The notes beneath the pieces were generated by a model. It worked only from the letters and a program-made list of their open reading frames with translations. It was not told the origin of the DNA and did not search any database. Shown piece by piece: positions 12,721 through 24,646 of a stretch of DNA of 64,000 nt. Both the position numbers and the translations under genes were made by a program. Each line of letters opens with the position of its first letter. Position 1 is the first letter of the stretch. The stretch spans positions 11,842,001 to 11,906,000 of the forward strand of contig CM059433.1 in NCBI GenBank assembly GCA_030390025.1, written 5' to 3'. This DNA comes from Squalus acanthias (lineage: Eukaryota).

Positions 12721-13275
12721 TTAATTTTAACGTTAGAAAAGAGCCAGCAGGACAGTTGACCCTAACTCATAGACGAAGGATTCAAAATGAAGTTTCCAAG
12801 CCATTTTGGGAGAAGATTTTCATCTTCAATGGAAGAAAAAACCGGGTGGGCGCTGCTATGGTCGTGCATTCCTTCCTGCCTAATTTTTCGTCTGTGCCCG
12901 CTACCCAGGCGATGCTCTGCGGCCTGGCAGCAAAGATGCAAATCTACCCCCTTTAAATCAGTTGCGGTTCTATCGCAGTGAGTGCCAAGTTGAAGCGGTG
13001 TGATTCTGACTCCTGGCGGTGTCCTCGCACACTACCGGGATTAATCTGATTCGATGAGTTCGCACCCACACTACACTATGCAGTTGAAGCTAGAGTGATT
13101 TTTGCATCGACACTGAATGTGTTCTGTAACTGGCCCTCGCCCGTACACTAGTACCAAGGTGGCATATTGCTAGTAGAAGGTTTGCAACTACAGGATTGGA
13201 AAGAACGACAGTAAATAATAACAACCAAAGCAGAATAAGCTATAACCAAGAAACTCCACACGAGCAGAAACTCAC

Positions 13276-13324
13276 CATTTCATTTAGCTTTTTTTGTGGC
13301 TTCTTTGTTGTAATCTGCAAGTAA
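13276..13324 (-). CDS. DCDC2C: Doublecortin domain-containing protein 2C, coding exon 2
   Basis: ttcctcag|T TAC TTG CAG ATT ACA ACA AAG AAG CCA CAA AAA AAG CTA AAT GAA ATG|gtgagt; the phase-2 start completes GA|T from exon 1, giving (D)YLQITTKKPQKKLNEM, matching the short exon 2 of DCDC2-family genes. Confidence 0.85.
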
Positions 13325-13578
13325 CTGAGGAAATATAAATGACATTTTTGTAAGATTGAACAGCATGGCAGATTAGATCAAGTTTTCAACCAACAGCAAG
13401 ACTGAAGGTATCTTATGTGTATTGGTTATTTTTAAGCATTATTGTGAAAAAGATCGTTACCCTTACAATAATATTTACTTGTGATTTTTGCTTCTAGCAT
13501 TTCTGCCCCTAAACATGTAAATGATAATTATTTCATTTTCCCCCAATTACTTCAGTTTATGTCCCTTTTTATCATGCA

Positions 13579-14045
13579 GTCAGCTGTGGCACAGTGGGTA
13601 GCACACTTGCCTCTGAGTCAGAAGGTTGTGGGTTCAGGTCCCACACCCATGAGACTTGAGCACATAAAGCTAGGCTGACACTCCAATGCAGTGCTGCACT
13701 GTCAGAGGTGCTGTCTTTCGGATGAGACGTTAAACCAAGACCCCGTCTACTCTCTCAGGTGGACGTAAAAGATCCCCATGGCCACTATTTTGAAGAAGAG
13801 CAGGGGAGTTATCCCTGGTGTCCTGGGGCCAATATTTATCCCTCAACCAACATATCAAAAACAGATTATCTGGTCATTATCACATTGCTGTTTGTGGGAG
13901 CTTGCTGTGCGCAAATTGGCTGCCGCGTTTCCCACATTACAACAGTGACTCCACTTCAAAAATAGTACTTCATTGGTTGTAAAGCGCTTTGAGACGTCCG
14001 GTGGTCGTGAAAGGCGCTATATAAATGCAAGTCTTTCTTTCTTTT
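13579..14045 (+). mobile_element. Full-length DeuSINE (SacSINE1-like)
   Basis: tRNA-like head with A box (tggcacagtgg) and B box (ggttcaggtcc), Deu core, 3' tail aaggcgctatataaatgcaagtc(tttc)n. Confidence 0.9.
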
Positions 14046-14369
14046 CTTTTTCGTTACCAGACTAACTTGACAATCCATTGTCAAAGAACTCCATCCAACA
14101 CAAGCACTCCAATGCGTTCTTTTTTGACAAACAGAACAAGGTAGCATATTTTCCTTAGATCTCCTTCCCAAAACCCTTATTCATCATACTTCAAGCAGAG
14201 GACCACTCTGTGCAAAGAGAAGTAGGTCGTTTATTTTGGGCAGGAGACCGGTCTTAGTAAGAATTGTGCTGATATAATAGTTATGAATTTATCTGTTTTA
14301 TAGCTGGTGGAACAAAGCAATATTTCAGTAGTATAGCAGAATGCAATTTACCTGATCCAATAAGATATA

Positions 14370-15304
14370 GGAGTGGGGCTTCCGCCAGTGCAATTCGCCC
14401 AAAATCAGCGCAAAAGATCGAGGAATTTCAAGCGCAAATTACGTCCGGCGCAAATCGAGCTTCCGCGATCTTTTGCGCCGGTTTAAAAAAAAACATCGCA
14501 CTGGAAGTCGGCCCTGCCCACAAAGCTGGCCACGCTCCCAGATCGAACTAATCGCCATTGGGAGTTTCCGCTAATTGTACCCGTTTGCAGGCCTTCGAGG
14601 AGGCTCTTAAAATTAAGCTGGGTTTTTTTTTAGACGCAAGGGCACTAATAGGCACCTGTTAAAAGCTTTTAAATATAAAAAAATATTTAATTTACTAAAA
14701 AAAAACTGACGACTGTGCACCTATGAAACAAGTAAATGGCTCTGTACAGTTTATTTTAAAATCATTTTCACTTATTGAAAATCAGGTTACTCACAGGTGG
14801 TGGACTAGACACTGATTAGAAAAGCTTATCTTGTGCGATAAATCCATTTTCAGCTGTATTAATAAAACTGTACCAGGTGCCCAGCCTAAACCTCTCCGCC
14901 TCGCTACCTCTCTATCCTCCTTTAAGACGCTCCTTAAAACCTACCGTCTTTCACCTGCCCTAATTTCTCCTTATGTGGCTCGGTGTCAAATTTTTTGTCT
15001 TACAATACTCCTGTGCAGCGCCTTGGGCCGTTTTACTATGTTAAAGGCACTATATAAATACAAGTTGTTGTTGTTGTTGTTGTTACCACTCTTAAATATA
15101 TCGAAGAATTTTTTTTCATGCAAAAATATTTTTTTCAATTACATTCAAAAAACGCTGCCTGATTGCGCTGGTCCATGAAACATTTTACATTCGGCGATAA
15201 TGCAAATGAGTTTGAGCGGAAACTTGAGCAAAAAATTCGATTCAGAAAACTAACGCAATTTACGCCCAGATCGCCGATTGCGTCCACAACGGAAACTCTA
15301 CCCC
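14370..15304. mobile_element. Harbinger-like MITE containing an L2 3' fragment (14882-15085)
   Basis: Ends ggagtggggcttccg / cggaaactctacccc, TSD ata/ata; internal L2 tail with (gtt)n. Confidence 0.7.
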
Positions 15305-15629
15305 ATAATGTGTATTTGGATATACAAGGTCAGGAGAGTGAACATTAATGATTTTCCACAGACATTTCTGTCATAAGTATTGAACTTAGAAAATACAACT
15401 CTGTCCACTCAATCAGTTGCAAACACTTCTGTGTCATAATTATGGTTTTACAAACTTACTTAGGGCTGTAAATATGTTGAATGCTTCTAAAGCATTTTTA
15501 TTTGTGGGTTAATTGGAATGAAAGGGAAGGTGTTGATGTCATAAACAGGCAGAAATCATTTTTTTTGTCTCTTTCCTGAAGTTTTAGGGAAAAGGGTTTC
15601 ATAATTCAAGCTCTCATCATGGGAGGTAG

Positions 15630-15825
15630 AAAGATTAACTGTAGTCGTCTGGCATTGTTCTCTGACTATTTATGCTGTGCCCATATGTATTTCTTCACTT
15701 CACCTAATGAAGGAGCAGCGCTCCGAAAGCTTGTGATTTCAAATAAAGCTGTTGGACTATAACCTGGTGTTGTGCGACTTCTCACTTTTGTCCACCCCAG
15801 TCCAACACCGGCATCTCCGCATCAT
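15630..15825 (+). mobile_element. Penelope-like terminal repeat fragment (family A) with mutated hammerhead core
   Basis: Near-identical to 35160-35319; core reads CTAATGA rather than CTGATGA. Confidence 0.8.
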
Positions 15826-15892
15826 GTACATTATTGGGAAGGGGAGATATTTGCAGTTTATGTTCCGATAAGACCAGTGTTGTTTCAACAGC

Positions 15893-15995
15893 TAGGGCGG
15901 GAAAGTGGAGTTGATGTAGTTCAGCCGTGATCTTACTGAATGGCGGAGCAGGCTCAAGGGGCCGTAAGGCCTACTCCTGCTCCTATTTCTAGTGT
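15893..15995 (+). mobile_element. CR1 3' UTR fragment
   Basis: gggcgggaaagtggagttga...tgaatggcggagcaggctc...cctactcctgctcctatt. Confidence 0.75.
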
Positions 15996-16100
15996 TGTTA
16001 GCAAATTGCCAATATTGCCAGTCTGTCATTACACATATCAACTAGTGGAGACCACTGGAAAATCAAATTTAAAACCCAAAATGTACCATAAAAATGCATA

Positions 16101-16605
16101 GGGGTGATTTTAACTTGTTGTGCTTGACGTTAATGGGGCAGCAACAGCCTCAAAATGGCATTGGTGGCCTTACCGCCCCATCAAGCCCGTCGATGCGGCC
16201 GGCGCCTTTTTGAGAGGGGGCCGCTGAGCCTGCCTGTTTCAGACAGTAGGCTCCTTTTCATATGCAAATCGGGGTCCTCGGGCAAACTATCGCTATTTTA
16301 GATTGGAACTGGTTAGGGTGGGCGCTGTTCATGCTCTGATCAGTTCCACCGACGCTGGGATGTTTCACTGGCAGCTCCAGCACGGAAGGTTGAGGCCACG
16401 ACTGGGAGCTAAAAATCACGTCGGGGTCCGGAACACACTATTGGATCCCGATATTTAAATATCGATGAGGGCCTTGGCCGCCGCCACCTTGAATCAGCGG
16501 CGATAAAATGTCCACGAGCGTGAACGTGTCAGGAGCGCAGTGGGTAGCGCCCAACCATCTGCCGTGCACGCCATTCCCGCTGGGCGAGCAGGGTTATAAT
16601 TGAGG
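16101..16605. mobile_element. GC-rich Harbinger-like MITE
   Basis: ggggtgattttaac start, gttataattgaggc end, CpG-rich interior like the other MITEs here. Confidence 0.55.
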
Positions 16606-17064
16606 CTGTTTACGTAGTACTAGTTTGTAATGTCGCTGTAATCCTGGTAATGTAGGAGTGGTATTTGGAGTTGTTACTATTTAATTTGTAAATTTAGTGG
16701 GTTTTTTGCGGTTAACAAATTGCCATTCCCAACAGAATTAGTTCATGTATTTGTTTATGAATTTAGCAATAAATTCTTAATCAAACCTACACTGGTTCTT
16801 TCCTGAATGAATTAATCATATTGCCTAACAGGTAGTTTGCAGAATTTGTCAGTACATTTGCAAATAATCTCTGTTACGGCATCAAAAAATTCTAGAAATA
16901 GGTTTAAAAAAATGCACAGAAACTGCTCAACATTCTTGCCGATGATCAGTTTGTCAGACACAATAGAATTAAGACGATCAAGCTTATATTGTACCAACCA
17001 AGCTTGGCACTGCTACATTCCTTGCGACACCACAAGGGTACCAATGTTACAATATAATACTCAC

Positions 17065-17351
17065 TCCAGGGTTTTAAACTTCTCCACTCCTGCCGCTACA
17101 TAGCTGGCTCCGTTCTCCAGATCATCCAGATCAAAGACTCTGTGTCCCTCCTTAGGAGTGTAGATGTTCCTGACTGCCCCAAAGGGTGCGTTAATGCCCT
17201 TGGTGACCTGGTTAAGGAAAGTGTCAAAGGTGGAGACTTGTTTGTTGATGAGAAACCTTCTGCCAGTGAAGAACGGATCCCCATTTCGGTAAACTATCAC
17301 ACTCTTAGCTGCTGGTGGTTGCGGGGGAGCTCCTCTTGATGCCGTGGCCAT
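17065..17351 (-). CDS. DCDC2C: Doublecortin domain-containing protein 2C, coding exon 1 (first DCX domain)
   Basis: MATASRGAPPQPPAAKSVIVYRNGDPFFTGRRFLINKQVSTFDTFLNQVTKGINAPFGAVRNIYTPKEGHRVFDLDDLENGASYVAAGVEKFKTL; Kozak gccATGG; donor GA|gtgagt. Family is clear; the paralog call rests on lying downstream of ALLC on the same strand. Confidence 0.88.
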
Positions 17352-17532
17352 GGCCTTTAATAACAATAACAATCATAATAATGATGCTAGAAATGTCTGC
17401 AGTCACTTTCATTCACAGTCACTGAGCTTAGCGTGGACCGTCAAGATTCTCTGTCTTCTCCATAAGGTCCCACAGTCAAATTGTGTGAAACACGAGCCAG
17501 TCAGCTTGTTTGTCTGCTACCTCAGTTTAGAC

Positions 17533-17546
17533 CTCACTATGGCAAC
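17533..17546 (-). promoter_or_regulatory. Candidate RFX X-box upstream of the DCDC2C ATG
   Basis: Minus strand GTTGCCATAGTGAG, one perfect GTTGCC half-site and one imperfect half, ~180 bp upstream of the ATG of a ciliary-family gene. Confidence 0.5.
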
Positions 17547-17864
17547 TGAAGGCAGCAGTCACTCAACCAAAAAATTAACTTTTCTGACTTGGGAGGAAAA
17601 TTTGTAACCTTGAAATAAAGCAAAACAAAACACCTTAGATTAAGAAAATGTTCCAGGCCAAATTAGATCAGGTTAATGTTTGTACATCAGATATCCGTTC
17701 AAACTAATGCATTTGAATGGTTAGTGTGGTATTAAACACCAAAAGCAATAATGAGTAAGTAAAACCACCTTTCAGAAATGCTAATAAACACAATCTCCAC
17801 ATACTCCGCATATTTTAGTCAGTTGTTTGCACACATGTGCATTAGTAATTATAGCTATCACGTT

Positions 17865-18360
17865 ACAACAACTTGTATTTATAAAGTGTCTATCACAGAG
17901 TGAACACTGCAAGACATCCCAAGGAAGTGACTGAGGGCATAGTCAAAGAGGTTCGTTTTGAGGAGACCTCTGCAGGTTGGGAGAGAGGTAGCATGACCTT
18001 GTGGGGCCAAGGTCTGAAGACTCTGCCACCGATGGGGGGTTGGGTGGAGGGAGGGGGGAGTGGAGGGGGAGGGGGTACACAGGAGATCAGAGTCAAAAGA
18101 GTAGAGGGCACACACTGGCACGTAGGGCTAGAGGTGGCTATGGAGGTAAAGTAAGGCAGGGTCATGGGGGGATTTATAAACAAGGAGTTGGAGAGCGGGG
18201 CGCTAATGGAGTTCAGCGAGGATAGATGTATAAGGTCAGCTTGGCTTTGTATGAGATAAGGTGCAAACAGCAGAGCTTTGGAAGAATTGGACTTTATACG
18301 GGAATGGAGTTAGAAAGGCCAGCAGACTTGTAGAAGTTGAGACTGGAGTGATGGAGGCGT
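17865..18360 (-). mobile_element. Old degraded L2 3' fragment
   Basis: acaacaacttgtatttata tail; similarity to the other L2 3' ends in the window. Confidence 0.65.
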
Positions 18361-18754
18361 GGCTGTGTTGTGATAAAATGTGTAGGTAAATTTTGAAAAT
18401 GATGCATTTAAAACCACATATTTCTTTATAAATAGATGGTGCAATGAGACCTATATAAGGTTTCCTTTTCAGGTGTGAAATCAGTTGATCACCAGGCTGC
18501 AACATAAAATAATCATCAGCTGAAGCTCCAGTGTATATGAACAAAGAACTCCTTCGCTCCAAAAGTGCAATCTGAAATATGAGCTGTTGGAACAATATCA
18601 TTGTTAATTAACATTATAGGATAATAGATATTTAGGAGCATGTTACAAGGCTGCAACACATCGAGGAACACATAGGATCTACAAGGATGGAACACACCAA
18701 AGGGTTTAGATGATGCCATAAATTTCAAAATCACAAGCTGATATCACCTTTAAA

Positions 18755-18974
18755 GTGAGAAGTCGCACAACACCAGGTTATAGTCCAACAGCTTGATTTG
18801 AAATCACAAGTTTTCGGAGCGCTGCTCCTTCGTCAGGTGAAGTCTTCACTTCACCTGACGAAGGAGCAGCGCTCCGAAAGCTTGCGATTTCAAATAAAGC
18901 TGTTGGACTATAACCTGGTGTTGTGCGACTTCTCACTTTTGTCCACCCCAGTCCAACACCGGCATCTCCGCATC
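18755..18974. mobile_element. Palindromic Penelope-like terminal-repeat insertion (family A) with a hammerhead motif on each strand
   Basis: Inverted arms of ~90 bp; 12-bp TSD atcacctttaaa (18743-18754, 18975-18986). Confidence 0.88.
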
Positions 18975-19174
18975 ATCACCTTTAAACACATTGCAATGTA
19001 TTTGAATCTTGCTAAGTTGGGCATCCAAGGATACTGAGGCCGACAACATGCCTGGGCTGCATGTTGGAGAGTGGCTGGTGGTGGACAAATGTACTCAGCA
19101 GTTTGATGAGACAGTCCACCCACTGAGCTAACTATTCTCAGCCAATTTGTAATGTAAGGATGTGACGCCCTTAC

Positions 19175-19597
19175 CTAGTGATGGAAAGCAATTTCTGACC
19201 CGACCCCTAGAGCGGAGGTGTCCCGTCATGTTTTCCAGCTGCAAAACCTCTTTCTTTTATGAGGTGACCTTGGGACGATGGTGGCACTGAAGTGCCTTTC
19301 TCCTGGCTTACTTTGCTGCCCACTATATTATGCCCCTTGTCTGTTGGAAGGCATTCTACGGTATCCGTGTATCCATCCCTAAGCTTCGAACGTTTCTTCT
19401 TCTTTGTCTTCATCAAATCAGACAAGGCAATGGCACCGCCTCCTGAGAACTCAGCCATGGTTTGGGTTATGAATGAATCATCTCTGTAGATATGTGTATA
19501 CGTCATTTCTGAATATACGACTCTGGACTCAAGATCATCTGAAGGGAATTCTTTATAAAAGGGCTGCTGAGTTGAATTATATTTACTTGCAAATAAA
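19175..19597 (-). CDS. Putative exon of an unidentified spliced ORF (coding 19207-19597)
   Basis: Acceptor ttttctcctttatcattatttcatag|T, donor AG|gtaagg, 423 nt; open frame of 129 full codons to a TAG at 19207-19209; non-repetitive; no homolog recognised. Confidence 0.5.
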
Positions 19598-19629
19598 CTA
19601 TGAAATAATGATAAAGGAGAAAAGGTAAT

Positions 19630-21248
19630 GGCCCGGATTTTGCAGTCAGCGGCGAACGAATGGCGCTAGCCGTTCATTACACTTACACTTGCCCAGAGAC
19701 TTTCTGTGGGCTTTTGCACTGGAGCTTGCCAAAACAGCGCAGAGCCCTCTACAGGGGATCTGGGACCTGTGTGAACAGGGCAAGCAATGGTGTGTCTCCT
19801 TAACCAATCAGATTGAAAAATCCTTACTGAGACGCACAGGGGGGGGGGGGGATTTTAACCCCCAAAAACGGGTGGGTTCGGGTGGGAACTAAAAATGTAA
19901 AAAAAATCTCAAATTCAAACCCAACCCACCCACTTCCGGTTTTAATGGAGGCGGAAGTGGGGGGGAGGTGGGGGGGGGAGTGGCGACCAACCCGCTCCCA
20001 GGAGGTGGGTCGCTCATTTAAATATTTTAATGAGTCTGCGTGCCTCAGATTTTTTTCTCTCTTCCAGCTTTAACGCTGGCCAGCCAGGTTTCCCGGGCCT
20101 CAGGAAACCCGGCAGCTAAAGTAAGGTGAGGACTGCTTCATGGAACAGGTAAGCACTTTTCCAGCACTGCTTGTGGTCCAGGAGGAGCAAGAGTGCCTCC
20201 TCCCTGACTCCTCATCCCTACCAGCAAGCCTGCTAACCTCCCCAGCAATTGAACCTCAACAACCACACCCCCCGATCAGCCCCACCCCACCCGCGATCCG
20301 ATGCCCTCCCAATGTCCCCCACGGCCCCCCTGCAATCTTCTTCCCTGCTCCCCAATCTCGCCAGCCTCCCGCGATCTTCACCCCTCCTCCCCCGATCTCT
20401 CCGACCCACCCCCCCCCCCCGCGATCATCTTCCCTCCTCCCCGATCTCCATGATCCCTTCCATGATCTTCTCCCCTTCCTCTCTGAACTCTCCGGCCCCA
20501 CCCCACCCCCACCCATCAATGTCCCCTCAAACTGGCTGGCTGCAGCCAGGAAACGGAATCCAAAAATGGTAATCAGGTCCTGACGTTAAATTCAGTAGGA
20601 CCTGAGGGGAAACCCTTTCTTCCCGGTTTCCCGACGACAAAACTGCCCTCCTACCCCCACCACCCCACCCCCCCCCCTCCCCGCCTCCTCATTAATATCG
20701 GAGCAGCAGGGTCAGTCTGAACCAGGAAGTGTAAGTTAGAATAGTTAATTCGAAATCAAATCATGTACTGAAAGTGAAATAAAGAGAGGGAAAGAAAGAT
20801 GGGATTAAGAGAGAGATAAACGAAACAGAAAGAAAAAGTAAACTAAAATGTTTAATTTTAATATTTCAATTTTTTAAAATCTCTAACAATAATTAAAACC
20901 CGAGGAATGAGACTCCACACTTGTAAAAATTAATTTTCAGTGCCACAGATGTTGTTTGGCAGCAATTAAGACTTACCACGCCATTAAAAATGATTAGTTT
21001 GTTTAGTGGGTATCTATCACATAAGTACAGCAACCTCACGTCATTCCACGTGTTTCAATGCCAAGTCTCTCGGCGAGATACCGGTATCGCGCAGCTTCTG
21101 GAGGAGCAGGGCAACTCGGACAGCAACTTCCTGATCTCCGCGTTTAACTGCGCACACGCGGCCGCCGCCGCGAGTTGCTGTCCGATTTACTCTTTAGTAA
21201 TGGTGAGCACCGATAGCCTCGCCGTTATTTTTACTGCAAAATTCAGGC
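19630..21248. mobile_element. Harbinger-like MITE with a second MITE nested at ~19839-20705
   Basis: Outer ends ggcccggattttgcagt / actgcaaaattcaggc; the inner element starts g(n)attttaacccc, has a C-rich ccgatc interior and resembles 38603-39563. Confidence 0.72.
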
Positions 21249-21879
21249 GATTACTGTTGGGGGGATTTAGAAAATTGTCACCCCAATGGGTGAGAGTCCT
21301 GACTGGGAGTGAGATTTTGTAAAATTAGACCTTTTTTATAATACATTACTGACATCCACCTAGAACGTAATACGCATCTGTGAGGACTTCTTGTGTCAAC
21401 GTTCTCCATTACAATTGTCGATATCTGCCTTTTTAATGTTAACTGTCTGTGTAAAATTATTGCACTGTAATTACACCTTTCACCAGTGGCAGCACTGTGG
21501 CTCCTTGGCTTTGCATCTTTCAGCTCCTCAGCCTACACGACAGAAATATCTATATGCTCAAAGTCAACTCGACTTCTCCGCTTCCCAAATTGCTATAAGT
21601 TATGCTGATTAACGATACATAATAACATAAGATTTCAATATTATAATCAGAATAATGACAGAATGCATAACTATTAAAATAGAGATTGAACTGCATCTGT
21701 TCAATGGTCCAATTATCCCCTACCTTCTAACCCTGCTTCACCTGAAGTTTACGCTTATTTCCCCTGTGCAATGCCACAGGAGATTGACTAATGTTATATA
21801 TTAGTATAAATAAATTACATCTGGTTGACATCCTAAACAGTGAATGAAACATGACTTTGTGTTAGGAAATAACTTACCT

Positions 21880-22330
21880 GGGGGAGCTGGCTGGTGCAGT
21901 GAGTTAGATACTGGCATTTTTATCTCAGCAATCTAATATAACTCAGACTGATGAGATGAAAGTTTTCTCTATTCGCTGGCTGTAAGCACTCTAAGTAAAA
22001 ATAATTGGAACATTCTCAGTCCAATTACCTGTGGGCTCACAGCAGCCCCAAATCCAGCATTAATTAACACTAAATAGACATCTTATGCAGAGGAACCAGA
22101 GAATGATTGGTGTGGGAATTGAAAAAGAACTTGCACCAGTAGAGCAGAGTGTGTCCTACCAGAACAGAGGATCATTGCTGGGCAGAGCACATGATCTGTA
22201 TTCTGCATCTAACTGTACCGTGCCTAACCTGGGGGAGTGATGAGAATGTGCTTCAGGGAAGCAGAGAGATTCATCCCAAAAGTCTAACGTGCCTCACCTT
22301 GATGACCTCAGACCTCACAAACAAAAAATT
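21880..22330 (+). mobile_element. Ancient tRNA-derived SINE, LF-SINE-like
   Basis: ggggagctgg...cagtg head and collinear blocks (gaaagt, ggctgt, tctcagtccaattacctgtgg, aattaacactaaat, gcagaggaaccagagaatga) resembling the LF-SINE consensus as I recall it. Confidence 0.55.
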
Positions 22331-22644
22331 AAAAAATCACTTACTGGAATCACCACCATCTATCTCATAATCTGCATTTCCTTCCAATTAATGCTGTATG
22401 GAAGTAAGTTCCAACACTATCTCCTTCATAGGAATTAAGGGTCTCAGGTGACGAAATCCATCTCCACAGCCTCTGCAAGCCTCATGCTCAAATGCAATCT
22501 TACTTTTAGCGGTTTACTGGACTTCACTGAACTACTTTATCACACCTTTTCCTATGTCAACAGGCATTGAGGTTTGATCAATTCAAGGCGATTCCAAAGA
22601 TGGAGGCCTGCCTCCTTAACTCTCCTCCATAGTATATCTGGCCT

Positions 22645-23182
22645 TTTTTTTATTATTCGTTCATGGGATGTGGGCGTCGCTGGCAAGTCCAGCATTTATT
22701 GCCCATCCCTAGTTGCCCTTGAGAAGGTGGTGGTGAGCCGCCTTCTTGAACCGCTGCAGTCCGTGTGGTGAAGGTACTCCCACAGTGCTGTTAGGGAGGG
22801 AGTTCCAGGATTTTGACCCAGCAACGATGAAGGAACGGCAATATACTTCCAGGTCAGGATGGTGTGTTACTTGGAGGGGAACTTGCAGGTGATGGTGTTC
22901 CCATGCGCCTGCTGCCCTTGTCCTTCTAGGTGGTAGAGGTCGCGGGTTTGGGAGGTGCTGCCGAAGAAGCCTTGGCGAGTTGCTGCAGTGCATCTTGTAG
23001 ATGGTACACACTGCAGCCACGGTACGCCGGTGGTGGAGGGAGTGAATGTTTAAGGTGGTGGATAGGGGTGCCAATTAAGCGGGCTGCTTTGTCCTGGATG
23101 ATGTCGAGCTCCATGAGTGTTGTTGGAGCTGCACTCACCCAGGCAAGTGGAGAGTATTCCATCACACTCCTGACTTGTGCCT
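22645..23182 (-). mobile_element. LINE 3' end (CR1/L2/Jockey group, poly-A tailed family)
   Basis: KAQVRSVMEYSPLAW...IQDKAARLIG / SLHHRRTVAAVCTIYKMHC...SWNSLP RT C-terminus; 3' UTR ending gaataataaaaaaa. Confidence 0.82.
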
Positions 23183-23539
23183 TCAGCTCCACAAAACATG
23201 GCTTCCTTGTTTTCTCAGTTAAAGATACCATTATGCACAATATTATTACAGAGCTATTGCTATGGAGTAACTTACAAGGGTCAATTTCCAACTAGTTAAG
23301 CTATTTAAAATTATTTTGAAAATATTTTCATTTATTGGTTGAACTTACGGTCAGCAATTAATGACTATGAAAGAATATAGCCTACCACACAGATACAGCC
23401 TAGATAACCTCAATGTCAGACAGAATCATTCCAGTTTGTGTCATTAATTGTTCTGGGCAATTTTATGTTTATATAATTCTGTAGCCATACAATTATTGCT
23501 ACAATTATTTTTTGTAGTAATTGAGGAAAATTCTGTAAA

Positions 23540-24045
23540 ACAACAACAACAACAACTTGCCTTTATATAGTTCCTTTAACATAACAAAAAGGTCCCAATG
23601 TGCTTCACAGGAGCATAATCAGACAAAATTTGACACCGAGCCAGATAAAGAGATATTGGGACAGCTTGGTGAAAGAGGTAGGTTTTAAGAAGTGTTTTCA
23701 AAGAGGAGAAAGAGGTAGAGAGGCAGAGAGGTTTAGGGAGGAATTTCCATAGCTTAGAGCCTAGACAGCTGAAGGCACGGCCGCCAATGTTGGGGTGAAG
23801 GAAATCGGGGATGTACAAGAGGCCAGAAATAGAGGAACGCAGAGATCGCGAAGGGTTGTCGGGCTGGAGGAGGTTACAGAGTTAGGGAGGGGTGAGACCA
23901 TGGAGGGATTTGAAAACAAGGATGAGAATTTTAAATTTGAGGCGTTACTGGGCCGGGAGCCAGTGTAGGTCAGCGAGCACAGGGGTGATGGGTGAACGGG
24001 ACTTGGTGCGAGTTAGGACACAGGCAGCCGAGTTTTGGAGGAGTT
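23540..24045 (-). mobile_element. L2 LINE 3' fragment
   Basis: (caa)n tail, IGGRAFSCLGSKLW segment; matches 44650-46238. Confidence 0.85.
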
Positions 24046-24409
24046 GGATGCTCCAATAATTACAGTTTTTCTCTCTTTGTTTTGCAAATTAGATTTATGA
24101 TGCAAAAGCCAAACAGTTTGATTGCAATGATTACTTTCTGTTCATTATTATTTTAATATTTAAGTTATCTTTGATTTATTTTTCCCCTAAAGTTTCCCCA
24201 CATTGTACAGCTTCCTTATTCCCAGGCCTCTGCTAATGGCACTCTGTTAAGAGTGCTAAGAGGTGCAAAAGATTAACACAGGTGATTGATGCTCCAATTT
24301 CAAGGATGCCTAAAGCAATATGGAATTTAGGGCATTTGCCCTTCCAATGGCAGGATTCACATAGGGTAGAAAGTGATGCATGGACTCCTGTCTGTACAAG
24401 GTGGATTAC

Positions 24410-24646
24410 TTGGGGAGTTATGCCCGCTGTCACTGGCCAACATTTATCCCTCAATCAACATAACAAAAACAGATTATTTGGTCATTATCACATTGCTGTT
24501 TGTGGGAGCTTGCTGCGTGCAAATTGGCTGCCGCGTTTCCCACATTACAACAGTGACTACACTTCAAAAGTACTTCATTGGCTGTAAAGCGCTTTGAGAT
24601 GTCCGGTGATCGTGAAAGGCGCTATATAAATGTAAGTCTTTCTTTC
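24410..24646 (+). mobile_element. DeuSINE 3' half
   Basis: Matches the 3' half of 13579-14045. Confidence 0.85.

Noticed and set aside
13579-13650. tRNA genes at SINE heads (also 27616, 30318, 57601)
   Set aside because: A/B boxes run directly into SINE bodies; no complete cloverleaf was evident.
13759-13965. Recurrent MDVKDP... small ORFs (also 12438, 27811, 60037)
   Set aside because: Incidental frames in DeuSINE copies, with GTG starts and differing frameshifts.
17352-17372. N-terminal extension MLLLLKA of the DCX ORF
   Set aside because: Starts at TTG; the ATG at 17351 has strong Kozak context.
18236-18734. Two overlapping minus-strand ORFs upstream of DCDC2C
   Set aside because: No recognisable domain or convincing splice sites; one runs into an old L2.
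20140-20583. Pro-rich ORFs (also 38826-39374)
   Set aside because: C-rich low-complexity interiors of MITEs.
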